DNA of 64,000 bases, taken from NCBI GenBank assembly GCA_002269645.1, contig NIVC01000038.1, positions 62,001-126,000 of the forward strand. The letters are read 5' to 3'. A program made the position numbers and the translations under genes. Position 1 is the stretch's first letter; each line of letters starts with the position of its first letter. This document shows, one piece after another, positions 11,772 to 25,895 of this stretch. This stretch comes from Macrostomum lignano. Its lineage: Eukaryota. The notes below the pieces were generated by a model. The model saw only the letters and a list, made by a program, of their open reading frames with translations. It was not told the DNA's origin and did no database searches.

Positions 11772-13690
11772 CGTCTCACCTCATCTTGTCTCATCTCATC
11801 TAGTCTCATCTCATCTTGTCTCATCTCATCTAGTCTCATCTAGTCTCATCTAGTCTCATCTCATCTCATCTCATCTCATCTTGTCTCATCTAGTCTCATC
11901 TAGTCTCATCTCATCTCATCTCATCTCATCTAGTCTCATCTCATCTAGTCTCATCTCATCTAGTCTCATCTCATCTAGTCTCATCTCATCTAGTCTCATC
12001 TCATCTAGTCTCATCTAATCTTGTCTCATCTCATCTAGTCTCATCTCATCTAGTCTCATCTCATCTCATCTCATCTAGTCTCATCTCATCTTGTATCATC
12101 TCATCTAGTCTCATCTCATCTCATCTCATCTCATCTAGTCTCATCTCATCTCATCTCATCTCATCTTGTCTAATCTAGTCTCATCTCATCTCATCTCATC
12201 TCATCTCATCTCATCTTGTCTCATCTCATCTCATAGTTTCTTATCTCATCTCATCTCATAGCATCTCATCTTGTCTCATCTCATCTAGTCTCATCTCATC
12301 TTGTCTCATCTCATCTAGTCTCATCTCATCTAGTCTCATCTCATCTCATCTCATCTAGTCTCATCTCATCTAGTCTCATCTCATTTAGTCTCATCTCATC
12401 TAGTCTCATCTCATCTAGTCTCATCTCATCTTGTCTCATCTCATCTAGTCTCATCTCATCTAGTCTCATCTCATCTAGTCTCATCTCATCTTGTCTCATC
12501 TCATCTCATAGTTTCTTATCTCATCTCATCTCATAGCATCTCATCTTGTCTCATCTAGTCTCATCTAGTCTCATCTCATCTCATCTCATCTCATCTAGTC
12601 TCATCTCATCTAGTCTCATCTCATTTAGTCTCATCTCATCTAGTCTCATCTCATCTAGTCTCATCTCATCTAGTCTCATCTCATCTAGTCTCATCTCATC
12701 TTGTCTCATCTCATAGTTTCTTATCTCATCTCATCTCATAGCATCTCATCTAGTCTCATCTCATCTCATCTCATCTCATCTAGTCTCATCTCATCTAGTC
12801 TCATCTCATTTAGTCTCATCTCATCTAGTCTCATCTCATCTAGTCTCATCTCATCTAGTCTCATCTCATCTAGTCTCATCTCATCTAGTCTCATTTTATC
12901 TAGTCTCATCTCATCTTGTCTCATCTCATCTAGTCTCATCTCATCTAGTCTCATCTCATCTAGTCTCATCTCATCTAGTCTCATCTCATCTAGTCTCATT
13001 TCATCTAGTCTCATCTCATCTCATCTCATCTCATCTAGTCTCATCTCATCTAGTCTCATCTCATAGTTTCTTATCTCATCTCATCTCATAGCATCTCATC
13101 TAGTCTCATCTCATCTCATAGTTTCTTATCTCATCTCATCTCATAGCATCTCATCTAGTCTCATCTCATCCCATAGTTTCTTATCTCATCTCATCTCATA
13201 GCATCTCATTTCATTACATCTCATCTCATTCTGTCTCATCTCATCCTATCTCATCTCATCTAGTCTCATCTCATCTCATCTCATCACATCTTGTCTAATC
13301 TAGTCTCATCTCATCTCATCTCATATCATCTCATCTTGTCTCATCTCATCTCATAGTTTCTTATCTAATCTCATCTCATAGCATCTCATCTAGTCTCATC
13401 TCATCCCATAGTTTCTTATCTCATCTCATCTCATAGCATCTCATCTCATTACATCTCATCTCATTCTGTCTCATCTCATCCTATCTCATCTAATTTTGTC
13501 TCACCTCACCTTTGTATTTTTTAATCTCATCTTGTCTTATCGTATCTTGTCTCATCTAGTCTTGTCTCATCTCATATTTTCTCATCCCACCTTGTCTCAT
13601 CTCATCTTATTGCAACTCATCTCATCCCAGTACACCAAATCATCTCATCTAATCTCATCTCATCTCCTCCTATCGCCTCTCATCCCTCAC
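11772..13690. repeat. (TCATC)n pentamer satellite with TAGTC/TTGTC variants
   Basis: Direct inspection. Confidence 0.95.
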
Positions 13691-14345
13691 ATCTCGGTAT
13701 TGACACCCCAGCATCCCTAATTTCTCATTACTAGAGTATGCATTTTCTTAGAAACAACCGCAGTGTAGAGATTACATGTAGATACACAAAAGTACTAAAG
13801 TTTACTTTAGAAAAAACAAGCCTACTCACTCAAGTTGAAGATTTTAATGAGTCCTAAGAGCACTCTAAGTCTGAGTTGGCACTTTTGCCTAGTACCCCTG
13901 TCTCCACTCTCTCACCTGTCAAGTTTTTGTTAACTGCAATTCACTGTGGAATTCTCGCAATATTTTTTCTCTTCTGGAATCTTTTAGCAGCTTCTGCAGC
14001 TCTGCCAAGTTAATTATCCTGATTGGCGTGGGTCTCAGCCAGTCTATTTCTCAGACAGATCAGGAGGTATTGACCGGGCTTCTTCAATAGTCTTGCAGAA
14101 TCCGATGGGGGTCCGGGGCGGAGCGATCACATAGGATCAAATTTCCGTCAGCTTTTCCCCACGCCAGCTTCATTTTTGCTTTCGCTTCTTCCTCGGCACT
14201 CAGGAAATTGGCTTTTTCTCTGCTTTGCTCCCATATCCTAGCCTTCGACTTTCTTCTACTTTTCTGGTGCTTTTCTGCCGATTTTCTGGCGATGCGGGCG
14301 AGATCTTAGAATTCTGAGCCGGTCTCCTGTATAATCCCATTGCAG

Positions 14346-14472
14346 ATTCGATGCTTTTGTATGGAAGCAGAAGGCAGCAACAGCAGCCGCAGCAACTCTA
14401 CCTGATGTCGGGAAACAATGCTGGAATGGTTGAGTACGGTGCTCAGAATTCTCTGCTGAGACACCAGATTGG
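14346..14472 (+). CDS. TENM: Teneurin intracellular exon (SMLLYGSRRQQQQPQQLYLMSGNNAGMVEYGAQNSLLRHQIG)
   Basis: Acceptor cccattgcag|, donor gg|gtaagt. Its phase 1-2 is what is needed to link 7965 (phase 1) to 20429 (phase 2). Confidence 0.75.
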
Positions 14473-14559
14473 GTAAGTCTGAGGGGTATGAATTTCCTAG
14501 ATTATTTGACTGGGTCTGTGAGTGGGCAGATGAGATGTAAAGCGAGGTGGGATAGGGAG

Positions 14560-14880
14560 AGGAGAGTAGAGACAAGATGGGAGACAGAGAAGAAATAGGA
14601 GAAGGAAAAGATGAGATGGGAAGGGAAGACAGGAGATGAGAGCGGGAAGAGATGATAAGATAGATATGAGATAGGAGAGAGTGGTGAGATGATATTGGAG
14701 AGGGAAGAGATATTGTGGAAGAGAGAATAAATGAGATGGGAAAGAGAAGAGATGAGATGGAGGAGATTAGATAAGATGAGAATTGGATGAGATGAGAGTG
14801 AAGGATGAGATGAGAGTGAAGGATGAGATGAGATGAGATGAGAAGAGATGAGATGATAAAAGAATGAGATGAGATGAGAT
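14560..14880. repeat. (GAGAT)n-like degenerate satellite
   Basis: Direct inspection; reverse complement of the TCATC motif. Confidence 0.85.
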
Positions 14881-15329
14881 GTTAATCTGCTGGTATTGCC
14901 ATGATACCATAAAATATATTCAGCAAAGCTTTATACAATAGCAAGAGGGATCCCCTGGTCAGTAGCACCCACCACATTTTTATGTGTGTTGCACAATGGA
15001 TACAAAAATGCTCTAAAATTGATTGAGCTTGAGTCTCAAGTTTAGCCCATCAGCTACATCAGTTTTCCTTCCCCCAACTGAGCACTGAATCTAATAGGGA
15101 GATCCCACCTGCGCCACCTGGGCGGACCTAATTAATAATTAATTATAATGAGGCCACACTTGCTGTTCCCGCAGTTATGCTTGAACGCACTGACACACTG
15201 CGGGAATTGAGGAGGGGCTGGGGGCAGGTCTGAGCACACGCTGGCATCAATCACTATGGAGGGGGCGTTACAATGGCAGTTTCATACGCAAGGCTTGAGG
15301 TTTGTGTGTGTCTGTTTTTTTCCACTTGC

Positions 15330-15712
15330 ATATGAGAGTGTGAGATGAGATTTTAATATTAGAGTGTACGATGAGATTGTGAGATTAGACTGGGAGAAGA
15401 GAGTTGAGATGAGATGGTGAAATAAGATTTTGAGATTAGAGTATGAGATTAGAGTATGAGATAAGAGTGTGAGAGAAGAGTATGATACATAAGAGGGTGA
15501 GATTAGAGTGAGAGAGAAGAGTATGAGATGATAGTGTGAGATAAGAGTATGAGATGAGATTGTGAGACAAGATTGTAAGATAAGTGTTTGAGAGGAGAGT
15601 TGGAGATGAGACTGGGAGATGAGCTTGTGAGATGAGATTGTGAGATAAGAGTTTGAGATGAGATTGTGAGATCAGAGTGTAGGACAAGATTGTGAGATGA
15701 GAGATTTAGACA
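15330..15712. repeat. Degenerate GAGAT/GAGT satellite
   Basis: Direct inspection. Confidence 0.85.
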
Positions 15713-16104
15713 CGAGGGAAACACACTGTCGATGAGAAGACAAGTGAACGGGTGGAATAAAGATTAGAAATCAAAAGTGAGGCAGAGAGGATTAGGGAAG
15801 AACAGGAAAGCAGGAAATGCCCTGTTTATCCCATTATCCCCCAGCCGGCAAAACCGTTGGGAATCGAGGCTGAAGGCTGCGCACACTTGGTAGCCGATTG
15901 CATAACCCCGTTTCAGACCGAGTCTTTGGAATTTTTAGTGTCTGAAGCCAAGTATTTATGCGAATTGCTGGGCAATTTTCTGTGTGGCTTTTTTATTTAT
16001 TGCATTTGGTTTTTGCGGCGGGACGGCTGCAGTGCATTGGGCAGTGGGTTGTTATGAGTTGGTACTCTGCCAATGATTGGAATTGCCTGGACTGGAGATG
16101 CTGG

Positions 16105-16680
16105 AGAGATGAGCTTAGATTAGAGAAGTGACACAAATGGGACACGGAGCTGAGAGATGAGACACAGAGACGAGAGATGAAACACAGAGATAAGATATTA
16201 GACACATAGATAAGAGATGAGACACAAAAATCAGAGATGAGACACAGAGATAAGATATGAGACACAGAGATAAGAGATTAGACGCAGAGATGAGAGATGA
16301 GACACAGAGATGGGACGCAGAGATGAGAGATGAGACTCAGAGATGAGAGATGAGACACAGAGATAAGAGATTAGACGCAGAGATAAGAGATGAGACACAG
16401 AGATGAAGCACAGAGAGAGATGAGGCCCAGAGATGAGAGATGAGACTCAGAGATGAGAGATGAGACACAGAGATGGAACGCAGAGATGAGAGATGAGACT
16501 CAGAGATGAGAGGTGAGACTCAGAGATGAGAGATGAGACACAGAGATAAGAGATTAGACGCAGAGATGAGAGATGAGACTCAGAGATGAGAGATGAGACA
16601 CAGAGATGGAACGCAGAGATGAGAGATGAGACTCAGAGATGAGAGGTGAGACTCAGAGATGAGAGATGAGACACAGAGCT
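16105..16680. repeat. gagatgagacacagagat-type satellite
   Basis: Direct inspection. Confidence 0.9.
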
Positions 16681-17267
16681 CACACGAGCCACAATGAGGA
16701 GAGGCAAAGCCGTCCTATAAGTCTCACCTTGACCCTAAAAGACTACCAGAGAGCACTTTTCCAAGTTGAGAAATTGTTCAACAGGTTTTTCTCTCCCAGT
16801 CTCCGCAGCTGATGAAGCAGAATACCAGAGGGTGACCCTTGGCATCCAGTCGGCAGTGCCTGGTTGTCAGCAGTTATTTTTAAAGCTAATTTCCTGGACA
16901 GCAAAGTTCCCACACTCTCTCCATGGGGTGCCCTATAGGGATGAGGAAAGGAGGCTGAATGGGGATATTTGTAGATTAGTTCAAGAGGGCTCCCAGCTGA
17001 CCAATAAATCAATCAATTTCGCTCTGGCGGCAGATCTTCAAGTATTTTTTGGCAGTGCACAGAAAATCAGCTGCAGTTTCTCTTCTACAAGCGATACAAG
17101 CGTATGTTTCTTTCACTTGCTGTTTTTTCTCTCACTTTCTTCTGTAAGGATTTGGTTCCCTGTTTCCCGGAAAAAAGCTGTGGTTTTTTGGCCTTTAAAT
17201 TTGACTGAAAGATGTGAAATATGGAGGAAACTATTAACACTGATGATGTGAACTCTTTTAGCTATAG

Positions 17268-17750
17268 AGAGAAGTGGAGAGATGTGGAGAGATGTAGAGA
17301 GATGTGGAGAGATGTAGAGAGATGTGGATGTAGAGAGATGTAGAGAGATGTAGAGAGATGTAGAGAGATGTAGAGAGATGTGGAGAGATGTGGAGAGATG
17401 TAGAGAGATGTGGAGAGATGTGGAGAGATGTAGAGAAATGTAGAGAGATGTAGAGAGGTGTGGAGAGAGTTGGACAGAGTTGAGAGAGGTGGATTGATAT
17501 GAAGCAATGTGGAGAGAGGTGGAGAGATGTGGAGAGACGTAGAGAAATGTAGAGAGGTGTGGAGAGAGTTGGACAGAGTTGAGAGAGGTGGATTGATATG
17601 AAGCAATGTGGAGAGAGGTGAAGAGAGGTGGAGAGAGGTGGAGAGATTTGGGGAGATTTGGAGAGATGTGGGGAGATTTGGAGAGATGTGGGAAGATTTG
17701 GAGAGATGTGGACAGAGTTGAGAGAGGTGGAGATTTGTAGGAGTAGAGAG
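17268..17750. repeat. 10-bp satellite (gagagatgt(a/g))
   Basis: Direct inspection. Confidence 0.9.
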
Positions 17751-18224
17751 CGAAGAAGGTACAAAAGCGAGGTGATGTCTGTTAGTCTGTGATAAAATTG
17801 CAGGTAAAACTGCCTGCATCATTATGGCCAGTCCTGACTTTAACTTTATCACTATTGCGTCTATTAATCCTTCCGAGCACCTAGCACTGCACGGGTGTGA
17901 AGTGCTGCACACGGAGACTCGGCAGCAAATTTATAATCTCGAATTGCCTCTCTTAAATTTGGGGCTGTTCAGTAAATTTCATCAAACTTTCAAATCAACC
18001 GCATTTGAAGTCAGTCCGCCTCCTAGACTGAAGCTTAATTACCGTTTTGCAACACTGTTTATGAACTGGCAGTTCTTGTTTAAGACTGCGGTGCCTGCGA
18101 CCCCAACACCCACCCCCGCTGAGGGCTGGCGGCTGCTGACTGTGGCTTTGCTAGTCATAAATCTTGATTATTGAGGTGAGAATTGTAATGCGGAGGGAGT
18201 TCGACAGCGAGGGAGGCTAAAAAC

Positions 18225-18256
18225 AGACAGGCCAAAAGACAGGCACACAGACAGGC

Positions 18257-18301
<45 letters not shown>

Positions 18302-18328
18302 GGCAGACAGACAGACACTAAGACAATA

Positions 18329-18412
<84 letters not shown>

Positions 18413-18448
18413 GGACAGACAGACAGACAGACAGGCAGACAGACAGGC

Positions 18449-18489
<41 letters not shown>

Positions 18490-18504
18490 GGCAGACAGAC
18501 AGAC

Positions 18505-18568
<64 letters not shown>

Positions 18569-18625
18569 AGGCAGACAGACAGACAGGCAGGCAGATAGAC
18601 AGACAGACAGACAGACAGGCAGGCG

Positions 18626-18669
<44 letters not shown>

Positions 18670-18773
18670 GGCAGACAGACAGACAGACATACAGACATAC
18701 AGACAGACAGACAGACAGGCAGACAGACAGACAGGCAGGCAGATAGACAGACAGACAGACAGACAGGCAGGCG

Positions 18774-18817
<44 letters not shown>

Positions 18818-19100
18818 GGCAGACAGACAGACAGACATACAGACATACAGACAGACAGACATACAGACAGACAGACAGACAGACGCTAATGCAGACACTG
18901 AGACAGACACTGAGACAGACACTAAGACAGACACTAAGACAGATACTAAGACAGACACTAAGACAGACACTAATGCAGACACTGAGACAGACACTAAGGC
19001 AGACACTGAGACAGACACTGAGACAGACACTGAGACAGACACTAAGACAGACACTAAGACAGACACTAAGACAGACACTAAGACAGACACTAAGACAGAC
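18225..19100. repeat. (CAGA)n microsatellite grading into a 12-bp gacagacact(a/g)a repeat
   Basis: Direct inspection. Confidence 0.95.
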
Positions 19101-19561
19101 ACAATATATTGCCAAGACATATCGGCTATGAAACTCATATTTTGCCATTTCCGCAGTAGGTTCAGTCAGACAACTATTAAGCGTTGCCTTACGAGTATTT
19201 TGAGTCCGGATGTGCAGACTGAAATATCTTAAGCACCATAAAGGCATCGATCCACCCTCAGCCCTTACTAGAGGATTAAAGCATGGGTGAATTGAAGTAT
19301 TTGAGTCGCTAGGCTCAAGCCACGCCCTGCTAAGCTACGCGCGTTGAGGGTCGCATTCTGCTGTCAAACAGTGAAGTGCCCTGGACTGCAGCTAGCGGAG
19401 AAAGAGAAAGAGAGCGCTTGAAAGGTTGGGAGGGATTATAAAATGCGAGAAATTTTGAATAAAATCTCATTACTATACGAGAAAGTCACGGCTCTGCAGT
19501 GTAAGCAGCTGTTTTATGGGCGTGTGTGGAATAAAGATTTGAACCCAGTCACGGTTTCGTA

Positions 19562-20335
19562 ATGGAAAATGGCGGTTCTGTAATGGAAAATGGCGGTTCT
19601 GTATTGGAAAATGGCGGTTCTGTATTAGAGAATGGCGGTTCTCTATTGGAAAATGGCGGTTCTGTATTAGAGAATGGCGGTTCTCTATTGGAAAATGGCG
19701 GTTCTGTATTGGAAAATGGCGGTTCTGTATTAGAGAATGGCGGTTCTCTATTGGAAAATGGCGGTTCTGTATTGGAAAATGGCGGTTCTCTATTGGAAAA
19801 TGGCGGTTCTGTATTGGAAAATGGCGGTTCTGTATTAGAGAATGGCGGTTCTCTATTGGAAAATGGCGGTTCTGTATTAGAGAATGGCGGTTCTCTATTG
19901 GAAAATGGCGGTTCTGTATTGGAAAATGGCGGTTCTGTAATGGAAAATGGCGGTTCTGTATTGGAAAATGGCGGTTCTGTATTGGAAAATGGCGGTTCTG
20001 TATTGGAAAATGGCGGTTCTGTATTGGAAAATGGCGGTTCTGTAATGGAAAATGGCGGTTCTGTATTGGAAAATGGCGGTTCTGTATTGGAAAATGGCGG
20101 TTCTGTAATGGAAAATGGCAGTTCTGTAATGGAAAATGGCGGTTCTGTAATGGAAAATGGCGGTTCTGTATTGGAAAATGGCGGTTCTGTATTGGAAAAT
20201 GGCGGTTCTGTAATGGAAAATGGCGGTTCTGTATTGGAAAATGGCGGTTAGTAGTAGTCTAGAATGGCAGTTCTATAATGAAAAATGGCGGTCTGTAATG
20301 GAAAATGGGTTCCGTAGTTGGAAATGGCGGCCATT
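19562..20335. repeat. 21-bp minisatellite (ggaaaatggcggttctgtatt) containing the YY1/Pho consensus
   Basis: About 33 units 19562-20250 plus degenerate copies; explains the LENGGSV pseudo-ORF. Confidence 0.95.
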
Positions 20336-20428
20336 TAAATGTTGCGTCACTCTTTGAAGCAGCAAATGTACTTTTAAAGTAGCATCTTTACTAAGTACAC
20401 AACGATCCCAAACACACCTTCCGCGCAG

Positions 20429-20697
20429 AACGGTGGCGCCTCAGACCACTCCGCCAGGCCAGTACATGCCTAATGGATCGGGTTCGACCATAGACAATTC
20501 GTGCAAGCCACTTTGCTCAGACCAGCTGGGCGACCCGCAGCACCCGGTGCAGAGAGGAGACGGCGGCGGAGACGGTCTGCACAGAAGTGGAAAACTGGAC
20601 AGTGGATCTGCTCTCGCTGGGAAAAGAAGACTAGTCTGCTTTGGCCTGCTCGTGTCCTTGGTGGCTCTGCTTCTCGTGGCGTTAGTCGTCTGTGCAG
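20429..20697 (+). CDS. TENM: Teneurin transmembrane exon (KRRLVCFGLLVSLVALLLVALVVCA; type II membrane topology)
   Basis: Acceptor ccttccgcgcag|, donor g|gtgaga; basic residues precede a hydrophobic stretch; ORF 20433-20717. Confidence 0.85.
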
Positions 20698-20759
20698 GTG
20701 AGAATGAAGGGTTTTAATTGCTTTGTTTCACTTGTCACTCAGTCCTGTTCTCACTGCTT

Positions 20760-21307
20760 CCATCTTGTCACTCTCATTCTCATTGAGTCACTCTCATTCT
20801 CATTAATTTACTCTTATATTCTCATTGTGTCACTCTCCTTCTCATTGTGTCACTCGCATTCTCATTGAGTCACTCTCATTCTCATTGTGTCACTCTTATA
20901 TTCTCATTGTGTCACTCTTACTCTCATTGTGTCACTCTCATTCTCATTGTTTCACTCTAATTCATATCGTCACTTTTATATTCTCATTGTGTCACTCTTA
21001 TATTCTCATTGTGTCACTCTTATATTCTCATTGTGTCACTCTCACTCTCATTGTGTCACTCTCATTCTAATTGTTTCACTCTAATTCATATTGTCACTTT
21101 TATATTCTCATTGTGTCACTCTTATATTCTCATTGTGTCACTCTTATATTCTCATTGTGTCACTCTCATATTCTCATTGTGTCACTCTCACTCTCATTGT
21201 GTCACTCTCATTCTCATTGTTTCACTCTAATTCATATTGTCACTTTTATATTCTCATTGTGTCACTCCCATTCTCATTGTGTCACTCTCATTTTCATTGT
21301 GTCACTC
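20760..21307. repeat. 20-22-bp minisatellite (tgtcactcttatattctcattg)
   Basis: Direct inspection. Confidence 0.95.
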
Positions 21308-21639
21308 CAAATAGCCAGCACACTGTATGCTATACAGAGCCGAGGCTTCAGTTGAATATTCACTTTTTTAGCCTTTCCATGCCAGGTGAAGTGCAGTAGT
21401 CAGACCCGAGACACATACTTGACCTGGCCATATCGACCCAGCACTCGCTAACCTCAACCCTCTAAGCCCAGGATTCCCTTTTCAAGTTGCAGAACTTGCT
21501 TCAACTTAAAAGAGATATTCAATTTCTGTGTCATTTGGTGTAGTAGGCTTGAAAGCTAAGTTGGATCAACCCACCGCAACGCCTTGGATACAATTCAACA
21601 GATCTATGTAGTAGGAATACAGATATTGTCCCTGTGCAA

Positions 21640-22170
21640 GGATAGAAGAGTGACCAGGATAGTAGGAGAGTGACCAGGATAGTAGGAGAGTGACCAGGAT
21701 AGTAGGAGAGTGACCAGGATAGTAGGAGAGTGACCAGGATAGTAGGAGAGTGACCAGGATAGTAGGAGAGTGACCAGGATAGTAGGAGAGTGACCAGGAT
21801 AGTAGGAGAGTGACCAGGATAGTAGGAGAGTGACCAGGATAGTAGGAGAGTGGCCAGGACTGTAGGAGAGTGACCAGGATAGTAGGAGAGTGACCAGGAT
21901 AGTAGGAGAGTGACCAGGATAGTAGGAGAGTGACCAGGATAGTAGGAGAGTGACCAGGACTGTAGGAGAGTGACCAGGATAGTAGGAGAGTGACCAGGAT
22001 AGTAGGAGAGTGACCAGGATAGTAGGAGAGTGACAAGGACTGTAGGAGAGTGACCAGGATAGTAGGAGAGTGACAAGGACTGTAGGAGAGTGACCAGGAT
22101 AGTAGGCGAGTGACAAAGATAGTAGAAGAGTGACCAGAATAGTAAGGAGAGTGACCAGGATAGTAGGAGA
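21640..22170. repeat. 20-bp minisatellite (gagagtgaccaggatagtag)
   Basis: Direct inspection. Confidence 0.95.
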
Positions 22171-22230
22171 GATAATGGCGTGATTCACAAACCACAAGCA
22201 TGACTGATATTGGCCTATGCCCATTTCACT

Positions 22231-22293
<63 letters not shown>

Positions 22294-22719
22294 CAGATCT
22301 GGATATTGATAACACACAAGAGAAGCCGCGATTTGTCTTGCCTGCATCTGCATCGGAATTCCAATATTCTTGATCAACAAATTATAAGGGCTACACATAA
22401 GATAGAATCGTCGCGTAGCGCTAAGTGGTAGATTAGCAAGTTCTAACGCCAACTGATAACAGTATGGCAACTGGAATTCTTTCTGTCTGTCCAACTGTCT
22501 GTTTAGAACAACTTGTATAAAACAAACAGAGTTTTTTAATGTGTGTGTCAGAGGCTGCATCAACTAAGATAAGGGTGATTTTGATTGACAACTGACTGCC
22601 TGCCTGTCTGCCTTCTTCGTGGTGGTGGTGGCCCCCGTGTGAATTGTAATTAAGGGACTTTGGTGTGTTTGGTGACTAATACTGTAGGATTAGTCACTTT
22701 GGTAGGGTGGGAAATGCGG

Positions 22720-23362
22720 AATAGCATAGCATAGAATAGAATAGAATAGAATAGAATAGAATAGAATAGAATAGAACAAAATACAACAGAATAGAATAGA
22801 ATGAAATAGAATAGAACAGAATACAACAGAATAGAATAGAATGAAATAAAATAGAACAGAATAGAATAGAATAGAGTAGAATAGAATAGAATACAATGAA
22901 ATAGAAAAGAATAGAATAGAATAGAATAGAACAGAATAGAACAGAATAGAACAGAATAGAATAGAATAGAATAGAACAGAATAGAACAGAATAGAACAGA
23001 ATAGAACAGAATAGAATAGAATAGAATAGAATAGAACAGAATAGAACAGAATAGAACAGAATAGAATAGAATAGAATAGAATAGAACAGAATAGAATAGA
23101 ATAGAATAGAATAGAACAGAATAGAACAGAATAGAACAGAATAGAACAGAATAGAATAGAATAGAATAGAACAGAATAGAACAGAATAGAACAGAATAGA
23201 ATAGAATAGAATAGAACAGAATAGAACAGAATAGAACAGAATAGAACAGAATAGAATAGAATAGAATAGAATAGAACAGAATAGAACAGAATAGAACAGA
23301 ATAGAACAGAATAGAATAGAATAGAATAGAATAGAACAGAATAGAACAGAATAGAATAGAAT
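22720..23362. repeat. (AATAG/AACAG)n pentamer satellite
   Basis: Direct inspection. Confidence 0.95.
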
Positions 23363-24059
23363 GAGCTTACCCAAATGCCAACTAGACAAGATAAAAAAAA
23401 TGAAAAGACCTATCTACAAAAAATCGATTAGAATGGAGTGCAACCAATAGAAGAAAAAGTAACAGAAAAAACGACCCCATCAACCAACTCATATATTTGT
23501 CCGTTATTTTTAGATGAATTATTAATTAAGGAACTCCCCCCCCCCCCTGCAAAAAACGGTAGCACCTGGAATTCAGAACCTCAGATGTGAATTTTTTATT
23601 ACAAATAAAATTCATGCCCAAGTTGAGGCGAAGTGACAAAAATATTCTTTTTTGTAGCTTTTTTCACCCTGTTTCCGATCCTCTTGAAGATTTATTTACT
23701 CAAGTAGGCAGAACCTCACAATGCTGAGCCAAGTTCTCTGCATTCTCAGCTGCTTGTGAATCGGTCATGCAAAAATTACCGTGTCAGTTCCAGCTTCGCT
23801 ATGGTTATCTTTTTCTTCCATCTCGGTTCAATGACGGGCCGCGTCTCTTATTTTTTTCAGTCTCGCCTGAGTTTAAATAAATTTGATTGTCAGGATTTGC
23901 TGAGAAGCTTGTTGCCCATTTTTTGTAGGTTGAGTCGCGATGCCAGCTCAAGGGGAGCCGTTAATCCCTTTTGGGATGGGCGTTCGCTGAGTAAAATGGA
24001 TTTTGTTTGATGAAAATTGAATCAGTTTTTTAATCTGTATGATTCTCTATCCCTTGTGT

Positions 24060-24488
<429 letters not shown>

Positions 24489-25199
24489 AGCTCCCATCTC
24501 AAACCGCACAGCGGACTCACAAAACTGCCTAAGCACTGTCTGTCACGGGACTTTCATAGCCCTACAAAATCAACTTGTGTTTCACTGCGACATGCCCTCC
24601 GTTTTGAGTTTCGCCCAGCCCCCTCAGGTCGTATGGAAAAGCTTGACAAGCAAACTTGGGACCCGGTCGACTGGGATTTGAAAGCAATTATTCCCAATTG
24701 AAGGCGACTGCCAGGGGAGAAATAATTCAATTGAAGAGGCCCGCAATTCACACCCAGCAGTCTGCGGGGGGAGTATTGAGTCATCCCTTCCCGGAGCATC
24801 CTTATTTCCCGCCTTGGCCTCTTTTGGAAGAAGCACAGTTGCTTTATAAAAATGGGACCCCTCGATTTATGCCAGTCCCCCTTAGCCCCTTAGTAACGCT
24901 CCATCAACTCAGTTTCCTCCTTGTCTGACTAATCCAAATTGGTGAGAAAACTGAAGGCCTTCAGGCACCACCGAGCTTTTGCTAATTGACGGTTAGATAA
25001 CACAGGTGGAGCTGAAAAGAAGCTGGTGTTCTCAAAATGCATAGTTGAGTTTTTTAACTCATTCAAGTGTTTTAGTGCCAAATTTATCACATTTTTGTTA
25101 ACAATGGCTAATTATGCTATTTCAATTTATACTGACAGTGAGGGAAATATTTGATTTATGATGACTCATACTAACCCTTCTTGAGCTACTTTTGCCCCC

Positions 25200-25890
25200 T
25201 TAATCCTTGACCCACTGATCCCTGCCCTGACCCACTGCTGTTCCTTGACCCACTACTGATCCTTGACCCACGAATCATTGACCCCTTACCGATCCTTGAC
25301 CCACTACTGATCCTTGACCCACTACTGATCCTTGACACACTACTGATCCTTGACCCACTACCGATCCTTGACACACTACCGATCCTTGACCCACTACTGA
25401 TCCTTGACCCACTACCGATCCTTGACCCACTACTGATCCTTGACCCACGAATCCTTGACCCCTTACTGATCCTTGACCCACTGATCATGAACCCACTAAC
25501 CCCTTACTGATCCTTGACCCACTGATCCTTGACCCCTTACTGATCCTTGACCCCTTACTGATCCTTGACCCCTTACTGATCCTTGACCCACTGATCATTG
25601 ACCCACTGTTGATCCTTGACCCACTAATCCTTGACCCCTACTGATCCTTGACCCACTGATCATTGACCCACTATTGATCCTTGATTCACTGATCCTCGAC
25701 CCCTTACTGATCCTTGACCCACTGATCATTGACCCACTATTGATCCTTGACCCACTGATCTTTGACCGCTTACTGATCCTTGACCCACTGATCATTGACC
25801 CACTATTGATCCTTGAACCACTAATCCTTGACCCTTACTGATCCTTGACCCACTGATCATGGACCCATTTCTGATCCTTGACCCACGGAA
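25200..25890. repeat. Variable 15-21-bp minisatellite (actgatccttgaccc...) abutting the exon acceptor
   Basis: Direct inspection. Confidence 0.9.
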
Positions 25891-25895
25891 CCCAG

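Noticed and set aside
18155-19247. SVCL/RQTD ORFs (also at 24017-24701 and 33923-34577)
   Set aside because: (CAGA/TCTG)n microsatellite translations.
19562-20251. 229-aa LENGGSV repeat ORF resembling an autotransporter or ice-nucleation repeat
   Set aside because: Pure 21-bp minisatellite inside a teneurin intron; openness follows from a stop-free unit divisible by 3.
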